Counted from the stretch's first letter, positions 35,925 through 45,623 are shown. The stretch is 64,000 nt of DNA from a virus (IMGVR_UViG_3300037418_003165:1-64000); one strand, 5' to 3'. Notes: generated by a model from the letters alone, not told the origin. Made by a program: numbers and translations.

Positions 35925-36000
35925 ACCTGCTCACCATCGTCGCCAACCTCGCGGCACTCGTCGCGCTCCTTCTCGGCACCTGGTAAGGGAGACAACAACT

Positions 36001-36612
36001 TTGACCGTCATCGCGGCGATCGCGACCCCCGACCGGGTCATCATGGGCTCCGACACCGCCTGCGACTATGGCGGCACCACGATCTACCGGGCGAACGGAA
36101 AAATTCGCGAGCTGCGCACCAGCGACGAAGCCGAAGGCGAACGCGTCCTGCTCGGCTCCGCCGGCAACTCGGGAATCGGCCCATGCGCCGCGCGCACCGT
36201 CCACATCAAGTCCCTGCCCTCGGATCCGGACGACATCGTTGCCGTGGACGATTGGGCCGAAGCGATCGCCGAAGCGATCGCGGGTGCCCTGGCCGACGCC
36301 AACCCGCCGCTGACGCGCGCGGGCGACACCCACAGCAGCGCCGCGGCCGATGGTGTGATGCTCCTGGCCTGGCGCCAGCATCTGTGGACCATCACCGCGC
36401 ACTCGGCGATCCGGCCGGCGAACGGCATCGCCGCCATCGGATGCGGATGTGACCTCGCGCTCGGCGTCATGCTCAGCGGCGAGTACTTCGAGGCCGATCC
36501 CGGCGACTCCGTTGCGCTGGCGGTGAAACTGGCCAGCCGCTACATCGACGGCTGCCGCCTCGACCACCGCGGCCCGCTCATGCACGAGACCACCCCGGCC
36601 GGTGCCCGATGA
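36001..36612 (+). CDS. Ntn-hydrolase/HslV-like peptidase-fold protein.
   Basis: TTG start with an AAGGGAG RBS. N-terminal MT..VIAAIATPDRVIMGSDTA has Thr at position 2, like proteasome-type Ntn nucleophiles. Confidence 0.4.
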   Translation: MTVIAAIATPDRVIMGSDTACDYGGTTIYRANGKIRELRTSDEAEGERVLLGSAGNSGIGPCAARTVHIKSLPSDPDDIVAVDDWAEAIAEAIAGALADANPPLTRAGDTHSSAAADGVMLLAWRQHLWTITAHSAIRPANGIAAIGCGCDLALGVMLSGEYFEADPGDSVALAVKLASRYIDGCRLDHRGPLMHETTPAGAR

Positions 36613-37538
36613 TCATCGCGTTCCTCGGCAACTTCGGCGTCGACTACACCTCCGAGACCCACCACGCTGCCAGCCTCGAAGCCCTGGGCCACACCGTGAT
36701 CCGCCTGCAGGAGACGAAAGCCACCGCCGACGACATCGTCACCGCGGGCGTCGACGCCGACCTGTTCGTCTGGGTACACACGCACGGCTGGGACACCCCC
36801 GACATCGGCATCGCGCTGACCATCCTCCGCGACGCCGGCACCGTCCTGCTGTCCTATCACCTGGACCGCTGGATCGGACTGCGCCGCCAGGCCGATATGC
36901 GCGCCGACGCACCCTACTGGCAGCTCGACCACTTCTTCACCGTCGACCGCGTCCAAGCCGACTGGCTCAACACGCACACCAGCATGCGCGGCCACTACAT
37001 CCCCGCCGGCGTCTACGGCCCCGAGTGCTACATGGCCACCCCGCGCACCCGCTTCGACGTCGCATTCGTCGGCAGCAAGGGCTACCACCCGGAGTATCCC
37101 TACCGGCCGCGCCTCGTCGAGTGGCTCGCCGACACCTACGGCGACCGGTTCCGGCACTACGGTGGCGGAGGCCTGCCCACCGTGCGCGGCGCCGAGCTGA
37201 ACGGCGTCTACGCGGATGCGAAAGTCGTTGTCGGAGACAGCCTCTGCCTCGACCCGCAATACGCCGGGCACTACTGGTCCGACCGAATCTACGAGACCAC
37301 CGGCCGCGGCGGATTCATCATCCACCCGCGTCTGGCCGGCCTCGACAGCCAGTTCATCGACGGCGAGCACGCGGTCTTCTACGACCACGGCAACCTCGAC
37401 CAGCTGCGCGAGCTCATCGACCACTACCTGGCCGCTGATGACGAACGTGAAGCGATCCGCCGCGCCGGCCACGAGCACACCCGCGCCACCCACACCTACG
37501 CGCACCGGTGGGCCGAGATCCTGGAGACCATCGCGTGA
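36609..37538 (+). CDS. Glycosyltransferase (CgeB/YkvP-like GT1-fold).
   Basis: ATGA overlap. The C-terminal half resembles the CgeB-like GT domain as I recall it. Confidence 0.5.
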   Translation: MIIAFLGNFGVDYTSETHHAASLEALGHTVIRLQETKATADDIVTAGVDADLFVWVHTHGWDTPDIGIALTILRDAGTVLLSYHLDRWIGLRRQADMRADAPYWQLDHFFTVDRVQADWLNTHTSMRGHYIPAGVYGPECYMATPRTRFDVAFVGSKGYHPEYPYRPRLVEWLADTYGDRFRHYGGGGLPTVRGAELNGVYADAKVVVGDSLCLDPQYAGHYWSDRIYETTGRGGFIIHPRLAGLDSQFIDGEHAVFYDHGNLDQLRELIDHYLAADDEREAIRRAGHEHTRATHTYAHRWAEILETIA

Positions 37539-38251
37539 CCGAGATGGTCGAAACGCTGATCAACGGCCGCTGGACGCTGAAGCTCCCCGAGCACCGCGCG
37601 GCGCGGCCCGAATGGGACCTCCACAACGGCGGCTGGGAGCGGGCCCGCCTCGACCACATGCACTCCACCACCAGGCCCGGTGACCGCGTGCTGTACATCG
37701 GCGCCGAAGAGGGCGACATGTGCGCGCTGCTGCGGAGCTGGGGCGCGCGCCTGATGCTCGTCGAGCCGAACGAGGCCGTCTGGCCGAACATCAAGGCCAT
37801 CTGGAACGCCAACGGCTTCGACGAAGTGCCGTGGACATTCGTCGGCTTCGCCGGCCGGGAGCGCCGCGACGACGAATGGGGCTGGGAAACCCGCGAATGG
37901 CCTCCCTGCGCGGACGGCCCGGTCATCGGTGACCACGGATTCAAGGAACTCCGCGATCCGGGCGACCGGCCGATCATCACGATCGACGAAATCACCCGGA
38001 GCGGCTTCGTTCCCGACACGATCTCGATGGACATCGAGGGCGCCGAATGGGAAGCCCTGCAGGGCGCCGAGCAGACGCTCACCGACCACCGGCCGCGGAT
38101 CTACCTGAGCCTGCACCCGGAATTCCTGATCGACCAGTACGGCAAGTACTCCTACGAGGTACGCCGGTGGATCATCGACCACGGCTACCGGGAAACCCTG
38201 CTGGACTACCAGCACGAAGCGCACTTCGTCTACGAACGGACCGTGGCGTGA
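37535..38251 (+). CDS. FkbM-family SAM-dependent methyltransferase.
   Basis: MDIEGAEWEAL matches the characteristic FkbM motif. GTGA overlap. Confidence 0.65.
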   Translation: MTEMVETLINGRWTLKLPEHRAARPEWDLHNGGWERARLDHMHSTTRPGDRVLYIGAEEGDMCALLRSWGARLMLVEPNEAVWPNIKAIWNANGFDEVPWTFVGFAGRERRDDEWGWETREWPPCADGPVIGDHGFKELRDPGDRPIITIDEITRSGFVPDTISMDIEGAEWEALQGAEQTLTDHRPRIYLSLHPEFLIDQYGKYSYEVRRWIIDHGYRETLLDYQHEAHFVYERTVA

Positions 38252-38592
38252 GCGCGGGAATGCCAGCCAGCATCTGGCTCGTCAAGTTCGGCGAGCTGGT
38301 GCGCGACTACTTCGGTGAAGCGCCCTACCAAGTCGGATCATCGTTGTTTTCCAAGAGCTTTCGCGATGTCGACGTCCGGCTGATCCTCGACGACGAGGAC
38401 TTCGAACAGCGGTTCGGCGCCATACGAAGCGCGGAACTCAACCCGAAATTGGCGGCGATCACCTTGGCGTTCTGCGCGCTCGGTCGTGAAATGACCGGCC
38501 TGCCGATCGACTTCCAGATCCAGCCCGTGTCGTGGGCAAACGAGAAGTACCCGACCAACCGGAGTCCCTTGAGCTCGATCGAGCACGTATGA
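38248..38592 (+). CDS. Small nucleotidyltransferase-fold-like protein.
   Basis: VGSSLFSKSFRDVDVRLIL resembles a minimal nucleotidyltransferase GS...D.D motif. Alternative ATG at 38260. Confidence 0.35.
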   Translation: MSAGMPASIWLVKFGELVRDYFGEAPYQVGSSLFSKSFRDVDVRLILDDEDFEQRFGAIRSAELNPKLAAITLAFCALGREMTGLPIDFQIQPVSWANEKYPTNRSPLSSIEHV

Positions 38593-38831
38593 CCGCCGAA
38601 TGGCCGCTGATGACCATCACATTCACCCCGGACACCCGGGACGAATGGATCCTGGCCCTTCGCCACGCTCCGTACGGCACAGTACTGGCCGACTGCGACG
38701 GTGACATCTGGACAAAGCTGGGCGGCCCAGACGGGTATAACTGGCTGCGCACGCACGGCGGATGGGCGAGCGCCGAGGAAGTGGCCGACTACGCCCCGTT
38801 CCGCGAGCCTCCGATCGGGTCGTGTCCGTGA
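38589..38831 (+). CDS. Small hypothetical protein.
   Basis: ATGA overlap. Confidence 0.4.
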   Translation: MTAEWPLMTITFTPDTRDEWILALRHAPYGTVLADCDGDIWTKLGGPDGYNWLRTHGGWASAEEVADYAPFREPPIGSCP

Positions 38832-40432
38832 TCCCGGTCGTGCGCCTAGCCCCCGGTGATCAGTGGGACCAGAACATGCTCCGTCTGCTGCTCGCCGACC
38901 GCCTCTACCCGCACGGCCTGGACCTTGAGGAAGTCGAAGGGTGGCCCGACGCTGCCGGCATCGTGCTCGTCATCCCGGGCCGCTACTGGCACAACCGCAC
39001 GGCCGAGATCAGCGCCGCGATCGCGCGCTACGCATGGGTGCTGGCCATCCGGACCTCGGATGAGGAAGCGCTCCTCGACATCAGCGCGATCGCACACCCG
39101 AACATTCTGTGGTGGGTGCAGACTCCGCGCACCGACAGCGACCACACCGCGGTGCGCTACCTGCCCCTCGGCTTCCCGCCGCACTTCAACGGCCTGCCGC
39201 GCATGGGCCCGAAGCGCGTCGATGTCTTCCTGTCCGCGCAGAACACCCACGAGCGCCGCCGCGAATGCTTCGACGCGCTCACCCAGGTCGACCGCAGCAA
39301 GACCGTGCACGAGACCCCCGGCTTCACTCAAGGCCTGCCCGTGCACGACTACGCCGGCCGCATGCGCGCCACCCGCGTCGCGCCGTGCCCGTCCGGAGCG
39401 GTCAGCCCGGACAGCTTCCGCGTCTATGAAGCCCTCGAGTCGCACGCCATCCCGATCGCTGACGACATCTCGCCGGTCGACCCGAGCCAGGGCTACTGGG
39501 CCGCGATGTTCCCGGACGCGCCCTGGCCGACGATCAGCCGCTACAGCGACCTGCCCGGCTATATCGGCGACAGCCTCATGCACTACCCACGGCTGGCCAA
39601 TCGGACGGCCGCCTGGTGGATCGCGCAGAAACGGCGCATGGGGGAGCGGCTAATCCGTGATCTGGACGCGCTCGGCGCCGCACCGGCGCCGCGGCGGCCG
39701 CCGATCACCGTGCTGATATCGAGCAGCCCGATCCCGTCGCACCCGAGCACCGCGGTGCTCGAGGAGACCGTCGAATCGGTGCGCGACCGGCTACCCGACG
39801 CCGAGATCGTGCTCATGCTCGACGGCGTGCGCGCCGAACAGGAGCACGCCCGCACCGACTACGAGCGCTATATCCAGCGCGTGCTAGAGCTCGCAGACCA
39901 CCAGTGGCACAACGTGTTACCGCTGATCTTCGACGAGCACCTGCACCAGGGCGAATGCACCAAACGAGCCCTCGAATACGTCCGCACGCCGCTAATCCTG
40001 TTCGTCGAGCACGACACCCCGCTGGCCGGCGGTATCCCGTTCGACGACATGGCGGCCGCCGTCACCAGCGGCAGCGCCAACGTCATCCGCCTGCACCACG
40101 AAACCAGGATCCTCGACGAGCACCGCTATCTGATGCTCGACGACGGCCCGCGCGTCGTCGACGGCGTGCCGATGCAGCGAACGATCCAGTGGAGCCAGCG
40201 CCCACACCTGGCATCGGTCGCCTGGTACCGCGGCCTCCTCGATCGCGCCTTCCCACACGGAGAGCGCGACTTCATCGAGGACAAGGCGTACGGGCTGCTG
40301 ATCAACGACCACCGGCGCGACGGCCACATGGGCTGGCTCGGCTGGCGCACCTGGATCTACACCCCCGACGGCAACGTACTGCGCAGCTACCACACCGACG
40401 GCCGGAACGGAGCAGACAAATATGTCGGGTGA
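38828..40432 (+). CDS. Two-domain glycosyltransferase (C-terminal GT-A/GT2-like).
   Basis: ITVLISSSP...LMLDGV...FVEHDTPL is GT-A-like, with a DxD-type ED motif. GTG overlap start. Confidence 0.55.
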   Translation: MIPVVRLAPGDQWDQNMLRLLLADRLYPHGLDLEEVEGWPDAAGIVLVIPGRYWHNRTAEISAAIARYAWVLAIRTSDEEALLDISAIAHPNILWWVQTPRTDSDHTAVRYLPLGFPPHFNGLPRMGPKRVDVFLSAQNTHERRRECFDALTQVDRSKTVHETPGFTQGLPVHDYAGRMRATRVAPCPSGAVSPDSFRVYEALESHAIPIADDISPVDPSQGYWAAMFPDAPWPTISRYSDLPGYIGDSLMHYPRLANRTAAWWIAQKRRMGERLIRDLDALGAAPAPRRPPITVLISSSPIPSHPSTAVLEETVESVRDRLPDAEIVLMLDGVRAEQEHARTDYERYIQRVLELADHQWHNVLPLIFDEHLHQGECTKRALEYVRTPLILFVEHDTPLAGGIPFDDMAAAVTSGSANVIRLHHETRILDEHRYLMLDDGPRVVDGVPMQRTIQWSQRPHLASVAWYRGLLDRAFPHGERDFIEDKAYGLLINDHRRDGHMGWLGWRTWIYTPDGNVLRSYHTDGRNGADKYVG

Positions 40433-40604
40433 CATCACCGACGAGGAACAGCAGCTGGTGGCCGGCATGCCGAAGCATGTGGCCGCCGGCTATATCCGCG
40501 CCAAGCGCGCTGCTGAACAGAAGCGAGCGAAACGCGCTCCCGGCGAATGGGATTGGGACGCCGTCGCGGAGGCTATCGCCGCCATGGGAGACCTCGCCCG
40601 ATGA
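40422..40604 (+). CDS. Small hypothetical protein.
   Basis: Listed ORF overlapping the upstream stop. Confidence 0.35.
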   Translation: MSGDITDEEQQLVAGMPKHVAAGYIRAKRAAEQKRAKRAPGEWDWDAVAEAIAAMGDLAR

Positions 40605-41644
40605 CCCTCGGCCTGATCGCGCGCGCGGACGACACCGGCCTGGGGATCCAGACCTGGGAATTCGCCCGCCACATGCACCCGGACCGCGTGATGGTCATCG
40701 ACATCTCGCACCTCAAACGCAACACCCTGCACCCCGACCGGTTCCCGGGCGCGACGATCGTCCACGGCTTCCCCGACGCCACCGACATCGAATACTTCCT
40801 CGACGGCCTGGACGTCGCGTTCACCGCCGAGAGCACCTACGGGCCGCTGCTGCTGCCCACGGCCGAACGCGCGGGCGTGCGCACCGTCGTCCAGTACAAC
40901 TACGAATTCCTCGACGAGCGGCCCGAACACGGCACCGCGGCAACAGTTCTGGCCGCGCCGAGCAGCTGGCACTACGACGACGTCGAGCACCCGGGCAAGA
41001 TCATGCTGCCGGTGCCGATCGCCACCAGCCGATTCCCGAAGCGCGAGACCACAGACCGGGCCCGGCGATTCCTGCACGTAATCGGCCGGCCCGCTATCCA
41101 CGACCGCAACGGCACCGCCGACCTCGTCCAGGCCCTGCGGTTCGTCCGCGCCGATATCGAGGTCGTCTTCGCGTGCCAGGACCGCCGCTACATCAGCGAC
41201 TTCACCGCCGAGGTGAACTTCCCGCCGAACATCAAACTCACCTGCCTCAGCGAGCAGGCGAACTACTGGGACCTCTACCGCGACATCGACGCGCTGATCA
41301 TGCCCCGCAAGTTCGGCGGCCTGTGCCTGCCCGTCCAGGAAGCGCTCGGCGCCGGAATCCCGGTGATCATGCCCGACATCGCGCCGAACAACACCTGGCT
41401 GCCCAAGGACTGGCTCGTGCCCGCGACGCGCACCGGCGAATTCAAGGCGCGCCGAATGATCGACCTGCACATGGTCGACCACATCGCCCTCGCGGCCCGA
41501 ATCGACCTGCTCGCCGGTGACAGCGACTTCTACTGCGGCGCGGTCGAATCCGCGCACCAACTCGCCGATGCCCTCAGCTGGGACGCCATGCGCCCCCAGT
41601 ATGAGCAAGCCCTCGCCGGCCGACCCGCAAGGAGCGCCGCGTGA
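40601..41644 (+). CDS. GT-B glycosyltransferase (GT4-like).
   Basis: PVQEALGAGIPVI corresponds to the EX7E region of retaining GT4 enzymes. ATGA overlap. Confidence 0.6.
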   Translation: MTLGLIARADDTGLGIQTWEFARHMHPDRVMVIDISHLKRNTLHPDRFPGATIVHGFPDATDIEYFLDGLDVAFTAESTYGPLLLPTAERAGVRTVVQYNYEFLDERPEHGTAATVLAAPSSWHYDDVEHPGKIMLPVPIATSRFPKRETTDRARRFLHVIGRPAIHDRNGTADLVQALRFVRADIEVVFACQDRRYISDFTAEVNFPPNIKLTCLSEQANYWDLYRDIDALIMPRKFGGLCLPVQEALGAGIPVIMPDIAPNNTWLPKDWLVPATRTGEFKARRMIDLHMVDHIALAARIDLLAGDSDFYCGAVESAHQLADALSWDAMRPQYEQALAGRPARSAA

Positions 41645-42093
41645 CCACCGACCACGACATCGACGCCGACCGAATCTTCAACGCCGGCCACGGCACCACC
41701 TGGCAGCCCAGCCGCACCGCCGCGGTCCTGCCTTCCGGCGCACACCTCGAATACGGCGGCGCCGGCGCACGCGGCGCGGTCCTCGCCCGCTTCGCCGGTG
41801 ACCTGCTCTGCGTCGCCACCCGCACCATCACCTCGCACCTGCAGATCGCCTCGCAGGAGAAGTGGTGCGAACGCGCGAGCAGTCCATATCGCGTCGTCAC
41901 CGACCGGATCGTCCGGTTTCGGTGCGACTGTGGCCGCGGATTCGAGATCCGACCACAGGGTGGCCTCGACGCGGACTACCGGATCCTCGAAACCTATCGG
42001 GAAGCCGGGATCGGCATGGAACACGCCCTTACCTATGTGCGCGCCGGCGAGATCGAGCGCCCCTGCGAACACTGGCTCCCGATCGCCCTGTGA
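41641..42093 (+). CDS. Hypothetical protein.
   Basis: GTGA overlap. Confidence 0.45.
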   Translation: MTTDHDIDADRIFNAGHGTTWQPSRTAAVLPSGAHLEYGGAGARGAVLARFAGDLLCVATRTITSHLQIASQEKWCERASSPYRVVTDRIVRFRCDCGRGFEIRPQGGLDADYRILETYREAGIGMEHALTYVRAGEIERPCEHWLPIAL

Positions 42094-42728
42094 GCCCCAC
42101 GGTCAGCAGCGCGGTCGTCGCGCACACCGACCGCCTCGGCGCCGCCACAGAACTCGCTGCGCTCGTCGACGCACAGATCAGCGTCGATGACGGCTCGCTC
42201 GGCGCCGAAACCAACCACCTGCGCGCATGGGCCATGACCCGCAACCGCGACACGGACTGGGCGCTCGTCCTCGAAGACGACGCCCAACCCGTCGCCGGCT
42301 TCACCGAGCAGCTGCACGCCGCGCTTCGGACGGCGCCGGCGCCGATCGTGTCGCTGTACCTCGGCCGCTCGAAGCCACGCACCTGGCAGCACCGCATCGC
42401 GCAGGCACTCGACCACGCGGACATGCTCAACGCCCACTGGATCACCACCCACCACCTACTCCACGCGGTCGCGGTCGCCATGCGCACCGAGCTGCGGGAC
42501 GACTGGATCGAATGGGCCGCCAGCAACGAGCTCCCCATCGATGAGCGCCTCGGCGCCTGGGCCCGGGCCCGCGAGCACCGCATCACCTACGCCGTGCCAT
42601 CGCTCGTCGAGCACGCCGACTGGCCGACCCTCATCCGCCACCGCGACGGCCAACCGCGAGGCCAGGGCCGCATCGCATGGCGCACCGGCACCCGCGACGC
42701 ATGGACCAGCCGATCCGTATTCATCTGA
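42090..42728 (+). CDS. Hypothetical protein, possibly glycosyltransferase-related.
   Basis: GTG overlap start. In frame with listed ORF 41862..42728. Confidence 0.4.
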   Translation: MSPTVSSAVVAHTDRLGAATELAALVDAQISVDDGSLGAETNHLRAWAMTRNRDTDWALVLEDDAQPVAGFTEQLHAALRTAPAPIVSLYLGRSKPRTWQHRIAQALDHADMLNAHWITTHHLLHAVAVAMRTELRDDWIEWAASNELPIDERLGAWARAREHRITYAVPSLVEHADWPTLIRHRDGQPRGQGRIAWRTGTRDAWTSRSVFI

Positions 42729-42735
42729 GTCGGAG

Positions 42736-43281
42736 GTGGTGGACATCAGCAGCGACCGCCGCGGCATCGGTGGCCACCAGTCGGCGCGCGCCGGTTCGAA
42801 TGTGTGGCTGACGCCCTTGCGCCTCATCCAGGCACTGGGACCGTTCGACCTCGACCCGTGCTCGCTTCAGCACCGCCCATGGGACACAGCCCGCCATCAC
42901 ATCGCACCACCCGATGACGGCCTCACCGCTCCGTGGTGGGGGCGCGTATGGCTCAACCCGCCATATAGCGATGTCGCTCGCTGGATCGCGCGACTGGCCG
43001 ACCACGGCACCGGCACCGGAATCGTGTTCGCGCGCACCGAGACACGGTGGTTTCACGAGTCCATCTGGTCCCGCGCGAGCGCGCTCCTATTCCCTGCAGG
43101 GCGCATCACCTTCTGCCTGCCAGACGGGGCGGAGCCACAGAGCAACTCGGGAGCTCCGAGCGTGCTGGTCGCCTACGGCCAAGGCGACGCAGATCTACTC
43201 CAGCAGCAAACCGCGCTGCCGGGCGCATTCATCCGCCTGACGAATGGAGAACAGGATGGTCGACCGCTCAGGCGGCGTTGA
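42736..43281 (+). CDS. Dam-family DNA N6-adenine methyltransferase.
   Basis: WLTPLRL...WLNPPYS (NPPY catalytic motif). GTG start next to GGAGG. Confidence 0.65.
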   Translation: MVDISSDRRGIGGHQSARAGSNVWLTPLRLIQALGPFDLDPCSLQHRPWDTARHHIAPPDDGLTAPWWGRVWLNPPYSDVARWIARLADHGTGTGIVFARTETRWFHESIWSRASALLFPAGRITFCLPDGAEPQSNSGAPSVLVAYGQGDADLLQQQTALPGAFIRLTNGEQDGRPLRRR

Positions 43282-44044
43282 AAGCACGTGCGTGTTCTGC
43301 GAGATCATCGGCGGTGAAGCGCCGGCAACGATCATCGAGGAATGGCCGGACGCCCTCGCGATCGTTCCGCTCGGGCCGGTTGTCGACGGGCATGTGCTGG
43401 TCATCCCGCGCGAGCATGTGCGAGACGTATCGACCTCGCCGGAAGTGAGCGCAGCGACCATGGCCCGGGCCGCCGAATACGCAGCGCGCCATGACGCGGT
43501 GAACATCATCACGAGCCAGGGCGCGGCCGCGACGCAGAGCGTCCCGCACCTGCACCTTCATGTCGTGCCGCGCACCGTCGACGACGGCCTCATGACACCG
43601 TGGGGCACGGTGTATGGCGACGATCCGCGTGCGCAGCACTGGTGCCGCACCGCGCAGCAGCTGCAGGACCGGCTCGATCGGATGACAGCCATCGCCGCGG
43701 TGCCGGTCGACGCGGGGGTGCGAAGCGCCATCGGCACGCTCGGGATGGGGGCGCTGGCCTTGCGAGGTGAAGCCTTGGATGCGCTCGTCGACGAATGCTC
43801 CAAGATCCTCATGCCCCACTATCCCGACGTGCTGATGCGGATCACTGGGGATGCTGCCAGCCCAGTGCTCCCCAGCCTGGACCGCCAGCGCCTGGACATG
43901 GCGCGCGTGGCGCTCATCGGCACCGGCTACTTCACCGAGGACCAGGTGGGCGACGATATCGCGCCGCGGATCACCGAGATGGCATCCGACCTGGGCTATC
44001 GGATCGAGGAGCTCGAACAGCGTCTGGCTTCCGCCGCTCACTGA
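43256..44044 (+). CDS. HIT (histidine triad) family nucleotide hydrolase/transferase with a C-terminal extension.
   Basis: HLHLHVVPR histidine triad. GGAGAA RBS. Confidence 0.7.
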   Translation: MVDRSGGVESTCVFCEIIGGEAPATIIEEWPDALAIVPLGPVVDGHVLVIPREHVRDVSTSPEVSAATMARAAEYAARHDAVNIITSQGAAATQSVPHLHLHVVPRTVDDGLMTPWGTVYGDDPRAQHWCRTAQQLQDRLDRMTAIAAVPVDAGVRSAIGTLGMGALALRGEALDALVDECSKILMPHYPDVLMRITGDAASPVLPSLDRQRLDMARVALIGTGYFTEDQVGDDIAPRITEMASDLGYRIEELEQRLASAAH

Positions 44045-44054
44045 AGGTGGTCTG

Positions 44055-44255
44055 ATGCGCTATGTGATCGAGGCGAGCGTATTCGCTGGCCTGGTCGGAC
44101 CATTCGACTCCAGGGATGCGGCCGAGCAGTGGCTCGCCGACTGGCTGCGAGACAACCCGCCAGACGGCATCGTCGAATCCTCCGTGGTCCCGCTGCATCC
44201 ACCTTCGCCGAATGCGGGCCGCCGCTACCACACAGCGGCCCGCTGCTCGACCTGA
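44055..44255 (+). CDS. Small hypothetical protein.
   Basis: AAGGTGG RBS. MRYVIEASVFAGL... Confidence 0.45.
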   Translation: MRYVIEASVFAGLVGPFDSRDAAEQWLADWLRDNPPDGIVESSVVPLHPPSPNAGRRYHTAARCST

Positions 44256-44351
44256 GGGAGCGTCCTGAGTCAACCCGTCTGACCGCTGGGTTGCACGTCC
44301 GCGACGTCCTGGGATTGTCCGGAATCTGCGGTCCCAGTGAGACGGCCACCA

Positions 44352-44423
44352 TCCCGGTTGGTGTAGTCGGCAGCACAGCGGACTTTGGTTCCGCGAGTCC
44401 AGGTTCGAGCCCTGGGCCGGGAG
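44352..44423 (+). tRNA. tRNA-Gln (anticodon TTG).
   Basis: Manual cloverleaf. Acceptor tcccggt/gccggga. D-arm gtgt-agtcggca-gcac. Anticodon arm gcgga-ctTTGgt-tccgc. Variable loop gagt. T-arm ccagg-ttcgagc-cctgg. Discriminator g. No encoded CCA. Confidence 0.7.
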
Positions 44424-44511
44424 CTTGCCATCAAGAGCACTTGAACTCGCGGGCCCGCAATCAAGTTTGGGCGCCCGTCCTTGAGTCCGTCGCGATCCTG
44501 CGAGGAGGTCG

Positions 44512-44793
44512 ATGCCCATGGTCGCAGGGCAGGAAGCAACGCCGGGTGACGCTCGCAGTACCGAGCGGCTCATGAAGTACTGGGCCGAAGGGCCCGGCGC
44601 GGTGAAGATCCAGTGGGGCACGCCGGGCGATTGGTACCGCTGCGTCGCGCAGCTCGGCAAGTACGTGCCCGACGGGGAAGTGAAGGGACTGTGCGAGAAC
44701 CTGCACAAGCGGGCCACGGGCATGACCACCGCCGAGCACACGAAGATGATCAACGCGGCCAAGGCGAAGAAGCACGGTCACGCCGATGCATAA
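44512..44793 (+). CDS. Hypothetical protein.
   Basis: GAGGAGG RBS. Confidence 0.5.
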   Translation: MPMVAGQEATPGDARSTERLMKYWAEGPGAVKIQWGTPGDWYRCVAQLGKYVPDGEVKGLCENLHKRATGMTTAEHTKMINAAKAKKHGHADA

Positions 44794-45007
44794 CCCGATC
44801 GCCCGCTGGCGGGCCGCGCGTCGCTTCCGCCGGCACTGCCCGCATTCCCGCCTCTCCGCCATCTACGGCGACCGGATCCGCATGACCCGCGCGTGCTGGC
44901 GGCTGCGGTGCCGGGACTGCGGCCAGTTCGTCGACGGGCCCACCGCGCTCGCCGATACGCGCCGCCGCGCCGAGGGCGAGCTGATGGAGCGGCAGCTCGC
45001 CGGATGA
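44786..45007 (+). CDS. Small basic Cys-rich protein.
   Basis: Listed ORF overlapping the upstream stop. Confidence 0.4.
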   Translation: MHNPIARWRAARRFRRHCPHSRLSAIYGDRIRMTRACWRLRCRDCGQFVDGPTALADTRRRAEGELMERQLAG

Positions 45008-45165
45008 GCACCGACACCAACCGCGGCCTCGTGTACGAAGCCCTGCTCGACTGCATCGACGAGGACGTCCCGGTGACCGACGAGACGATCAAGGGCTGGA
45101 GTCGCGCGGTCACCGAGTACCTGGACCGCAAGGGTTACGTGGTCCAGCACAAGCGACGCCGCTGA
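45004..45165 (+). CDS. Small hypothetical protein.
   Basis: ATGA overlap. Confidence 0.4.
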   Translation: MSTDTNRGLVYEALLDCIDEDVPVTDETIKGWSRAVTEYLDRKGYVVQHKRRR

Positions 45166-45623
45166 TGCCGCGCGCGCCACGCAAGTGCCCGCGCGAGGGC
45201 TGCGAGACCCGCATCACCCGCGGCCCGTACTGCCCGGAGCACACCCAGGCATGGGCCGGCAGCACCCGCGGTGCCGACGACACCGAGTGGAAGAAGCTGC
45301 GGCTGACCATCCTCGACCGCGACCGCCGGCGCTGCTGGATGTGCCGCGGCCCGGGCGCCGACACGGTCGACCACCTGAAGCCGAAGGCCTACGGCGGCAC
45401 CGACAGCCCGGACAACCTCGCGGCGATCCATGACCGAACCTTCCCGCACTGCCACCGCCGCAAGACCGCCGTGGACCGCCTCGCAGCCAACCGCAACTGG
45501 TCCCCGGACAGGTACCGGGCGGTCATCGAAGAAATATGCGCTGACCTGCGGAAACGGCTGGTCGAGCGGGCTGCGGACGGGGTGTGGGGACCCCCTGCCC
45601 CCGGCATCAGCCCCCGGAGGTAG
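45165..45623 (+). CDS. HNH endonuclease (terminase-associated position).
   Basis: CWMCRG...DHLKPKAYGGTDSPDNLAAIH...HCHRRK. Confidence 0.7.
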   Translation: MPRAPRKCPREGCETRITRGPYCPEHTQAWAGSTRGADDTEWKKLRLTILDRDRRRCWMCRGPGADTVDHLKPKAYGGTDSPDNLAAIHDRTFPHCHRRKTAVDRLAANRNWSPDRYRAVIEEICADLRKRLVERAADGVWGPPAPGISPRR

